From Phoronis australis (taxonomy: Eukaryota; Animalia; Phoronida), in the NCBI GenBank assembly GCA_002633005.1, contig NMRA01000638.1:135965-199964 (forward strand): a DNA stretch of 64,000 nt, given 5' to 3'. The position numbers were made by a program, and so were the translations under genes. Positions within the stretch are counted from its first letter, which is position 1. Each line of letters opens with the position of its first letter. Of this stretch, positions 50,501 through 62,500 are shown in pieces. The notes under the pieces were generated by a model, which saw only the letters and a program-made list of their open reading frames with translations, was not told the origin of the DNA and made no database searches.

Positions 50501-53500
50501 AAGCCTCTTATCTATCAATAACTATAATTTTGTATAAATAATACCACATGAACCAGACAGAAGCATGTACCAAGACAGAACTTGACTGTTAATATACACT
50601 TCACCTGCATGTGGCCCACACTTGCTAACTAGTCTCATCATTCATACAAACAGAATAAGATTGTTTGTTAATTTAACAGAATTTTTTTTTTTAAGTAACC
50701 ATACAAAAGTGGCTTCAACCAACCACAGAACATCTTGCATTTGTATCACATTTTGTGGTCAACATTAGCCATTTCTCTCATTTATTCAACAATCCAGATT
50801 CCATCAATGTTTGGCAAATATTTGTTGAGGGTGTGCACATCAAAACTAAGTGCTGATAATAGTTCTCACGACAGTGACACAAATGACCAAGAATGCCTTG
50901 TCACCAAACTTATCAGAAAACCCCAAGTTATGCATTAAAGTCTTGGAAGATAAGCCACAAATTAAGCCCACAAAATATGGTGGTGGTTTGAACCAGTTAT
51001 TAATGGAAACCAACCAACCGTCACTGGGAGATCTTCGACTCCGCGAAGAAGGGGGGGGGTTAACCACAATTTGGGGAAGAAAATGGCCAGTACCAAACCT
51101 AAAAGCAAATGCTGGAGGCACATATTTTGTTGAATCTGTGGGAGAAAACAACCAGACCCCAAAAATCCTCCTTGTAAAGAAAACACACGTTAGAACAGGA
51201 TAAACACAATGACCAAGCCTGGCAGACCAAATAACCAGATATGAAAATGCCAAAACTCAAACTTTGGCTGATGACTAATAACAGACTACAGTGTAAAGTC
51301 ATAGTCCCAATTCACACTGTTTTTCATGTTCCATAAGTTCTTTTCCCACTAAAAGTCCACCTCATTTTGCCTAGTGTAATTGAATACATAGCTCACAATA
51401 TGTCTCCCTAAACGAAGGACCTCTACAAAATTTTCCATGAGTTCATTTTCCATGAGTTTTATTTGCAGGAGCTCGACAAATAGCTTGTGTATTGTGGAAG
51501 ACCAAAAACGAGATTACGGTATGCCTACAAACCAACACGCGCAGTACGATATCGAGCTGCTTACCTGTTTTTGTGCAATATTGAGCAGAAGGCCTTGCCA
51601 TCTCGCCAACTCGTTGAAAAGTCGTTGATCTTGACATCAGGGTAGCCATCGCACATCTGTCGACTCCACAACAATAACGCCTCCTTGGCCGTAAGCTCTT
51701 CTGTCTGGCCTGCCACAACCACATCGGAGATCTGAAGATACAAGATACTGGTCAGTGGTATATTGGTGATAGGGATCATAATACGAAACAGTAGTGCAAT
51801 TGTGATATGGGTTACAATAAGTAACAGTAATATAATTGTGACATGGGTTATTAATTGAAATAGTAGTGTTATGGTGATATGGATTATAGGTTGAAACAGT
51901 AGTATAATAGTATGTGGATTAAAATAAGAAACAATAGTATTTGAGATCAGAGAACAAAAGGTGCTGTACACATTGAGGATCTGATAATATGATATCTGTT
52001 AAACTTAAGAAATGGTAGTGTGCACATCAAAAAGGCATTTCCCACTGGCTCCAAAGCCCAGGTGTTGCCAAGGTGGATTTGACAGCTAAGCATTGACGTT
52101 TTGTCACAATCTGAATACTTAAAGGAGAATGCCACCATAAAAGAACATAATTTGTATCAATTTACATCCAGTAGTTCCACTCGATATCAGCAAGGTCAGT
52201 TCTTTTACCTGACACCAGACGGCTAACGAAGGTGCTGAAATCAACCAATGATATCACAGGTTCTAACACAGTCTGCTCAGCAGTTCAGAAGATGCTTACT
52301 GGTGTCAGCTTATCGCTTGAATTCATCACTATACACCAATAAATCATCAAAATTCTGTGCAAAACCTTTACAAATACATTGAGTGTTTAAACAAATGAGT
52401 CCTTTTGTTCCGCTAATAAGGATTTAAAGAAATTTTGAACGTACCGTAACCTACAACGTGTGGTATGCCAACTTACTGAGGTCGGTCGTGGGAAGTTTGG
52501 AGTCTGCTCGGTGATAACTTAGAATTTTTTCCTCCAAGAAATACAGGCAGGAGAGCATAGCCGTATGTTGTAATTTTAGACTTGTGAATTTTTTGTTCTA
52601 AACACAAAACGTTCGTTATAATCCAGAGGCTTGTAACCAGATCCCGCCCGTCGCGGCCGGACTGGAGACATTACGAACATAAACCAGCTGGGTTAAGTCG
52701 GCTGCGAAAGTTGAAAATTAAACTTCCAGTCACGAAAAGACTAGACTAGTGAACCAGAGAAATGATGTGAATATTTTGGTGAGTTCGCAACGAAATTGCA
52801 AATCTCATACTTGGTATTAACGGCGTACTTTTCATTCTTTACTGCCGGGAACCACTTCCACAGCATTTCGGGTTCTCGAGGAAATCAAGAAAAAAAAACA
52901 ATATACCCGCTTTCCTCACAGCTTCATGGTTCGCACAAGCAGGAATGATATGCTACACCATAGCGGCACACACTCAGCTGAAGAACCACTGACATCGCTG
53001 CTTCATGTACTCACTTTCCTCACAAGTTCACACAACACCTTTCGGTGAGGTGAGATCAAATGTATACTAGGTGACATAGATATGAACCGATTAAGAGGGT
53101 AACAAAAACAAATTAAATCTGGTGGCATTCTCCTTTAACTTTGATGCTATCGAGTTATCAGCAGGGGTCAATGCCTGCATTTGCAAACAGCGAGTGGTGA
53201 CTGGTTATTATTTGTTAATATTTTGTTCTAATCATAATTATTTTGGCGGTATAAGCATTCTGTTTCAAATTATTATTCGATGGATACTTTATATTAAGCT
53301 GAAGCTGATGGGAACACTAACGCTTAACTTTGAGATTAAGTAGCGAAGTTAACTGCATGGGAAAAGGCCTAAAGATCTATGTACAATGGAATCCGAAGAC
53401 AGTAGAAAAATTATAGGAACTACAATGGAAACCAGACGATAGCAGTATGGAGCAGTGCTCATTACTCAAAATTACCATCAATGAGCTAGAGTTAGAAAAG

Positions 53501-56500
53501 TGACATACCGTATTCGCCCTAATAACCGTCCAGGGCGCTTAGAAAAATTTGTTTCAGGGGCGCTTATTGTAACCCAAGACAGTTGAAACACGGTCTTCGA
53601 AACGGGTGAAATCAGAAGCTAAGATTCATTATATTTACGCTCTGTGACGTATCTGCAACCTATGACAGACTTTCCACAAAATTATGGTGCATTGCTATCA
53701 AACTTTTCTGTTAAGTTACGATTATTTTACAGTAATGTGTGGTGAAATCCCAGTGAGTGACTGCCTCACAATCGTCCACATGGCAACTTGAATGCTTGAA
53801 TAAAAATACAGTTTTGACTCAAGCAAATTACATGAAATCCTCCTTAAGGTTTCCAACTAGCGTCCCTAAGATTTTTAAGTTACCGTGGAGTCGGGATTAA
53901 CGCCAGGTTAAATTATCTGTGCTACATCATGCCATCTAAGATCGGCAACATGAGAAAAGTCTCTGGACAAACACACATGTTGTTGTCATATGAGTAAGCG
54001 AGTGCGTGCATGTCACCAGAGTTCATTTGCCAGAGTAAACACAATCTAACAAGCAAGATGTGCATTGTATCCAAAGAAATTAGCACAAACAGTAGGCCTA
54101 AAGCACGTGTTTCATTCAGCACTTGCCAGTCTCGTGCCAATAACGTTCCACATTATTTGTTTCGGTAAGNGCCCATATTAGTCACCATGTGGCTGGATGC
54201 CTACGTGACTATCTTGACAGTTATTTTTCGGTGTAAGGGTGAGTAAGCATTCTCTGTCAGTTGTCATTTTATCAGATATTTGGCTTTAAAAACACGAGTT
54301 ATGATTAATCAAACAATCCTCTTAAAAATAACGCAAACATTTTTATAGTAACAGAAACTGTCGGAAATTAGTGCCAATACTCATTTCTTGCAGATGCTAT
54401 GCTACCAGTTACATGAATGGTTAGTTCCTGGCTAAGGTCTTTCTTTGATGACAGGTACATGTATGTAGCCCATGCTTCCTGGCCATGTGCTATTACCAGA
54501 AATATCTAAAATACAATCCCGTTGACAAGTATGCTACATCTGTTCTGAAAGGCAAGACCATAGTAGGACACATTCCAGTAAGATCAGCAAAACTTAAGTG
54601 TGCTTTTCTCTCAAGAAACTTGCTCTACTGAAGGCATGTCTATCTGGAAGAATATCTTAGTTCCAAGACAAGACGAGCAGCAACCGAGGTACATAAAAAC
54701 CATCGGGATCATGACGTCACCGTATCGTGTGCGCTATTCCACTTCAGCCCGTTGAAGTCCCTTACTTCAATCCACCGACTCATATTTTAACTGACGTGCT
54801 TGAAGTCCGACATCAGTGTAGCTCCGTGAGGATAAAATCGGTCCTTTCTGCAGTAAGCAGCCACTCCTGACTTTTCAAAAATTTAACTGCCCGTGCTCGG
54901 CTTACCGCTCACCCCCTATTTTTATAGATTCCCAATTTAAGCGCCCTGGGTGGTAACCCGGACGAGTACGGTACTCTGTACTAGACACTGAGAGATGGTT
55001 CATCCGTCAAGAATTGTTTATAAGATATTTTTGGTGAGCTTTCGCATTCTACGCCTCTTGAAATTTGTGTTTTTTGGTGGAGCCTAGCATTTTTTTGATA
55101 TGGTGAGTAAGCCTTTCTTAAACAATTAACACAAACCAAATAGAGTTCATAGATCTACTCAACTGGAAAATTCATAGCGGCTAACTTTCCAGTTTGAAGT
55201 TTGCAATCGTAGCTTGACTTACTAGCGCAGCTACAAAAGACCTTAAGTGCTTATTGTTCTTTTGATTAAAACATTAACTATCCAATAACCTTCTTGGGAA
55301 AACCCAGAAAGGTCTCAGGAACTAAAGACAAATTGGTACCCTCAAAAGAGCAGGGTGATGTGTAAAATGGACTAAACATATGGCATCATTCATCTTGCTA
55401 GAGCTATGCTAGAGGTTCTAATTAACACCTGCTAATCACATATCAGAGAGGGCAGCCTTATCTTTTACAATATACATAGACAGGCTTTGGTCCTTCTGTA
55501 ATGGGCCCAGTAACAGGTCACCAACTGTATGATAAGACAGATAGCATAGAGTAACAAGAGCAACACAGATCCTTGAAATACACCCATCACAGCAATGCAA
55601 ACAGTGTGGTTCTAAGAGTTATTTATTAGTGTCAAAAATAGTGGCATTGAATAATAGGCCATAGTCCATTCGACTCTAGGAAGCCTAGAAAATCACTTCC
55701 ATGGCCACTTTTTGGGGGCAAGATAATTTTGGTGTTTTTAAGGTCATTAAGTACTACTAAGTCGATTTGCCGAAGCTGAGAAAAAGCCGATTAAACTGGG
55801 ACGAATGAAAAACTCTTCGCTTAATTATTCTGTATTTCGTTCAATATAACCTATACATGCCTAAACCATGATAGCTATTTCAACATTCACTCACAATGTC
55901 AATTGAATTTGAAGTGCATAATTAACTAAATTATCATTAAAACATACCGTCCCCAGCCACGAGCACGGATCAACTCTTGTTGATGTTTGACCTACTTAAA
56001 AGTAGGCCACAGTTCATTGTTATATACCGTACACAGTCTGTACACAGTCTGTACACGTCAAGTGCCGGGAGAATGACACGAAACCAAGTAAGAAATGGAT
56101 AACAAAAATCGAGTCGGTGCTTAAAGCATGTCGTTAGCATGAAATCGAAACAGTGAAATGTCAACTTACTTCTTGAATTAAGGATTATGGGTGAGGATTT
56201 AACTCTTTTCACAATTAACTTGCTGTATTCATGACCACAGCGGCGAGAGGTGACTCCTAGCATTCATTCTCAACAGTTGTATACATGGAGACGCAAACTC
56301 ACTCAGGATCAAAACTACGTTTTGTATTTGTTTTCCGCGGCACCGTTCTATCATAAGTACACCTGGTTGACTCAGTGTCATGGCGACTTGGTGAATGAAA
56401 GCACTGAGGGTACATACAAAGCTGCTCTGTACCTGGCAGGATATTCGATTTGAGTGACAGCCCTGTAACGTTTGACTTCCGATAAGTTGTAAACAAATAT

Positions 56501-59500
56501 TCACCCATTATATATTTCGTATTTGAAGTTCGCCAAGAAGGAAGATAAGGTATTTTGCTAGACACATGCAATATTGTAAAAACGGACAATTTTTGTGAAT
56601 AAGGTTTGAGATAACCTAACTTCGGTTGTTACTCTGCAAGTGAAACTTCGTTTAAAATAGTAGCAAAGTTTCGGTACTCACCAGTCAAAGCGAAGCTTTG
56701 TCAAAGTTATTGGTAAAGGCCGCGAAACTAATATACGACGATGCGAGACTCGCAAAATGTGTTCTTTGTTATTGTAGCGTAGCCGACGTGCTCTCAATAG
56801 GCACACGTAAATAAATAAAAGAAAGCATATCTGATGAAGAATAACTCTGATCATTTTCATAAACACTCGTAAATGGCAGGAAAACAATTTGCAGTTAATC
56901 TCGAACCCACTACTCAATATTCGTCTGATAGTACGAATGAACAGCGTCATATGATATCTTGGTGATAACTTCGATATCGCTCCTTAAGTGAGAAAGGTAA
57001 GTGAAATTTCGTGAAGCTTCGGTAAACTGAAGTTCCCCTAATAGGAAAGTACTTTTATATGACAGTGTTTATACCAATTCATATCTCAATGTGTGCATAT
57101 GCATGGAAACTAGAGCAGTGGGACTACCTCAGGTCTAACCAGAAAGGGCAGTACCAGTAAAGTTAATGAACACATGTCTAAATATACAGTAACTATAATA
57201 CAGTCTACAACTGCCAAAAGAATTTGACTACCTGGCTTTGCATCTCTTGATCACAGACCTCGAAGTTTCTAGTCCATTTGTTAAACTGAATTGTCAGTTG
57301 AATTTTAGTTTTCCTGTGTGCAGACATCAATCATGTCCAATTCACCCTAATCAAATTGTAAACCCAGCCAGGTCACCAAGCCAATTCAACAAGTTCTATG
57401 AATGGAAGTAAATTCTTTCAGCCTACTATAATGGATATGCTCTAGCTGTCACAAGTATTTGGATGATCACACAGCTACACATTGAAGAGTAACATCAATA
57501 TCATTACTTGTCATCACACAGTAGATCCATTCATCCAGGTAGATATATCAGTGTGAGCCATCATTTTCACCTGCCTGAACATCTACAGGTGTGTTTATAC
57601 ATGCAAGACATTGCTGCAGTTAGTTGACTGATCACAGTGTGTCCGCACACGGCCAAGAAATAATTGAGCATCAGTTATCAAACAGTCAGATTTACGCAAC
57701 AAAGGAGTTCATGAGCTGAAGTTGATCTGCAAACTAACTGTAATCCAAGTCATTGCTCCACCACACCTGAGCCTGCTGAGAGATCACTGGGCCAAAATGA
57801 CAACTGAGAATCCTTCAACAAGTTGATCTCATTCTTCCAAGAGTTCAGTTAAGGCTGAGTAACTCAGGTGTCTAATAAATGTCACTGATGACATACTCGA
57901 GCATGTTAACAATGAGATTTTTAAGGCCTTCAAGAGGATGCCAAAGCAGGTCTAATCTAGACAGCAAAGCACTTCAAACTTAACTTAATAAATTGCAGCA
58001 GTCCCACCATGTTCAACCAGGACATTTATCATCTAACATTAGCATAAGTAAAACCTGCTTCAATAATATTATGCAACTCAAAAGCAATAAGTTTCATCAA
58101 TTTAGGGTCACTTGATCACCAGCTATTTTTAAAATGTTTGAAATCAAATCCCTTGAGCAAACAAAACACTAACTCTTGAGTTAAAAGGTTACAAATCCAG
58201 GACACAATCCTTTTAGTAAACATGCATGGGAGAGATTGCAATATGGTGGCTCCACTGCAGGAAGAATGGCTACAACTTCACCTTAAGTTTGTAAAGATAA
58301 AATCGGCAAATAAAAATGGCAAACACAGATTTTAGTTCAATGACCGATTAGAATTCCAAGTATTGCTTGTCGAATAGAGATTAAAGTGAAAAAAGAAACT
58401 GTTGCACCTAAGCTAAAAATAAATCAAAGCTTGCTAATTGGAATCTGAAAATGATTGCAAGAAATTGTGGTGTGGAGATAACCTGTGGCAGAAAAGCCAT
58501 AAAGGCAACAATTCGGGAGGGGGGACTTCATCTACAGCACAGGTGACATTTTTTTACTTAAGCATTTTTCATAAACTCAGCAGTTATACCATTTCCAAGT
58601 TCTATGCCATAGCTACCAATAGGCAATGTTTTGAGGAACTATGGGAAACTTTTTAAAACAATGTTAGAAACCTTTGAAAAATGAAAATAGGTCAATTTTG
58701 CTTAATAAATCACCTACGATAAAATCTTTCAATGTTCTGAGCTAAGTCGAACCTAAACAATGCCACCATCTCCTCTGGCCCCAGTAGAGACGGTGAAACT
58801 CCTGTAGCATCCGGAAGCTTTTCTATGAATTACGTCTCACACTGATTAAAACATCAAAGTCCTATTTTTACACTGTACGCGCAAGGAGTGTGCGCAGTGT
58901 AAAAATGACCAGTTGCCGATTTGGACAACTGAATAAAGGACTGCTTGAAAAAAGTTGGAATACGGGAGAATTTGTTTGAGTTGGAAGGAATTAAAGACAT
59001 CGACAGCCTCCTAAGGCGTCCCTCTGTGTACAAAAAGCACTTATAGTTTCACAGTCTCTACTAAGGCCAGTCAAGATGGTGGCACTGTCTAAGTACAATC
59101 CAGGAGTAAAGGACAGTTTTAAAATTTTGTTCTTGGGCAGTCATTTTATTCCTTGGAAGCCTTTACCATACTCAAACATACTTGGTGTGAGGAAGACCCA
59201 AAGCAACATCACATTTATGGTCCACCAACTGACAGCTCAATAATAATCTATGTAGATAATGTCCCAACATTACATCATGAACAAACACTGAACAAGCTGA
59301 GCTGCTCAATAGGTTTAATTACAACAAGTGTGTTCTCAGGATATCCACAGGTAGAGGTGATAGCCATTGGTCAGAGTGCACAATGACCACTACATGGTAA
59401 ATCAATCAGTGATAAAGCTGTCACTTCATTATGAAAGCACCACTACTGGGAAGTTCTCAAGCACCTGCCAGGGTGTTCCATCGAAATTGGAATCCCGGTG

Positions 59501-62500
59501 TAAAACAGATATCCCATAGTTGAAAACAGACTCCTGCACCTTCAAAACAGCTAACCAGCCCAAAAAACACCAACCCCGACAATCGGGGACAGAAACACCC
59601 CTCCTGCACTTTCTGTCAAACATTGTTTATCTCAAGAAAATAGTACCTTTAAAGTGCTTCGTGTACAAACAACATGTATAAATTTCGCATTTTAATATAA
59701 AAAAACAAATCTTACTTTAAATAGTTGTTGTGATATGCTGTTTTATTATACGAGAATTTTATACAACTTATGACCAATCTCTAACGAAAAAGTGTTGATT
59801 CTTAAGAACCCGGTTTAATCACAGACATGTACAGTGTTCCAGACAGAGTGAACAATAAGAAATCGCATGTGCTGGTTTGGTGGACGATTTGCCAGATTGA
59901 ATTTGATATCTTTCAGTTGTCTTTAAAGTATTCTGTATGGGTTTTCTTTATAAATGTTGTAGGATTGGAATTTCCCGTTTTTCAAAGTAAGCGCTAACAA
60001 TGCTTGAAAGTTGGTACATTTGTTTGGCGTTTTGGGCCCAATTCCCCAGTTGAAAGTCTGATCAATTTCGACTTGTTTTGGATCTGGGTGGGCATACATG
60101 TTCATAGTCACAGTCACTAACCAAAGGCGAAGGCAAAGGCTACAAAATCACACCACAACGGTCACAGAATCCAGTGAAATGATCCATCAAAAAGAGTGTA
60201 GATGCTTTGAGTTTAGAAATTCTGATTCCAAATTCCATTTAAAAGATCGATGAGGAGTTGAGATACACTTTTTGAGGGCAAGAACGGCGAAATCGGTGAT
60301 GGAGCAGGTCCTTTGAGTGAACAATTCTAGTGGTCCATTTCAAAATCTGGAAATTGATTGTGACGGAAATAATGTACTCTCAACAATTAAATCGACTAAC
60401 CCTAAAATGCGGCCAATTGCAAAGATATTTAAAGGAATTAATCAACATTTTTGTTTCTGATTTTTGAAAATATTTTTGGAGAAACTATTGAATAATCTAA
60501 AATTTGCTAACTATTCACCGAGACCACGTGTTGAGAGTATAGATTATGTTGAAATTCGCCCACAGACAAGTTGCACGAGTACTGATAATCAAATAACAAA
60601 GTTAATGTAAATTACGTTCGATTATCCACAATTTTTAACAAACAAATGCAACAAACATCTGGAAAGTACTTCAAGATGCTTTAAATCAAAGTTTGAAACT
60701 ACTGACATCATCTCAGAAAATTTTAAAAACTGTCCAGGTTTCCAGTCCAATCCCCAGAGGGTTCCCGTTTTAAAGGTTGAGGTTTGTGTTTTAAAGTGGA
60801 ACTTGTATGCTATTTCCTTATCTCTATGCTTTCTTGGTCAAATTAGTTAGAAACACAAGATACAGCGACAATTAGGGCTTTATCCAGGATTTCGAAAATA
60901 GGGTGTCCAAAATGGCGTTCCCAATATTCCACAGCATCCATGATTCCAACGTTGCATTACCCCTACATTTCACCAGTAATCCTCCCCGCTCATACAGTGA
61001 GGTTTTTACAAAAACGTGTAAACCAAGGCTTTCAGAAAAAGAGCTCCCCTATAGTGAGCTTTTTAGTAAAAACAGTGGGTGGACCAAAACTCCTACGTCT
61101 AAATTTATGAAAACAGTCAAGTAGCTTACCAAACAAACATTTCAGATATTGGTTGAACAATGAGTGCACTGTGTTTTAGGTGATCTCAAATCAAATTGCT
61201 GTTATAAAGTTTATCATATCATTTTAGCTAGCTTTTATATTTTGTACAATAAGTCATCAGAGCTACAGTTATCAACACAAGAAAAAAGCACAGATGATTG
61301 TATTTTGGAAACAGGTGTCTCTGCTCCTCCGGTAAAACATTAAAACGCACTTTGAAAAGCATGAAAGGGGTGCAAACTGAAAAATTTTAAATAAGCATAT
61401 TCTTGTGGCACAATATAATATTAAACTAATGACATTTATTTCGCTTTGGTGTTTTTAAAAAAGATGTAAAACATGAAGCAGCTCTGAAATACCAGTTTGG
61501 AGTTAACCAAGGTCCATGCACTTATATTAAGTACAGAAATACTGTTTGAGACAAGACTACTGAAAGCAGAGTCTTCAGTGGAAGGCACTTTAGCAAACAA
61601 ACATCTACTAATGATTGACAGGTCTGCTCAATAGTTTGAACATTATAACATTTTATATACTGTATTGTTCAAAGGGCCAACACTTCTCTCTTCAACTATC
61701 TGGGAGTCCTAGTGATCCTAAAATGTGGGTATCCAAACTGGAGAAATTCTGATGACAGTGGGCTGCCAAATGATACATAGGGTGTCTTGGCCAGGGCGTC
61801 CTGATTAGTGCTGGATGAAGACCTGGCGACAACGTGAATATGAAGTAGGTGGTAAATTGCAAAATGTTTTAAGAACTAGTTTTGCTTAGAAAATGGTCAA
61901 CAGTGTGTCTAGCAAGTATCGGGATGAAGTGTTGGGAAATAATACTGCATGGTGTGGGCTATGTGAGCCCCCAAGGTACATCATTAGTGCAAAGGTCATC
62001 TATCAGAGAATTTTTTGTTTTCACATTTGCAAGTTGTCAATGAATACAACTGCACTTTGTTTAGCATATATGATGTTCAAATAGGGTTGTTGTTTAGTTC
62101 CTGCTGTACATTAGCATAGTTAGGAGCATGCAAATACATCTTTAGAGGTCAAGGTTTGTGTTTTTTGGGCTGGTTAACTGTTATGCAAGTGCGGGAGTCT
62201 GTTTTCGACTCCAGGATATCCGTTTTACACTGGAGTTCCAATTTTGACGGAACACCTTGATATCAGTAAAAGGCAGCACAAGAACCCATGTCTTGAAAAC
62301 AGAGTGCAATAATTTGACAGACTAATAGGCACATTATAGTAATAACTGGTCACTTAATATTTGCTACGACATATAACCAAAGCAAAGTTGTTAACGACCT
62401 TGAATTTTAACCCTTTAACTGTAATGTCACAAATAATACTGCAATGACATTTCAGACAAATGGGGACAAACTGTTGTCAAATCAGCGCTGCTTCACTGAA

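Noticed and set aside
50605-51253. Overlapping ORFs and a short ATG exon candidate (MMRLVSKCGPHA)
   Set aside because: Weak donor, phase does not match the next exon, no recognisable domain
54170-54170. Third N as a duplication hinge
   Set aside because: Flanks are not duplicated; the transposon sequence continues collinearly
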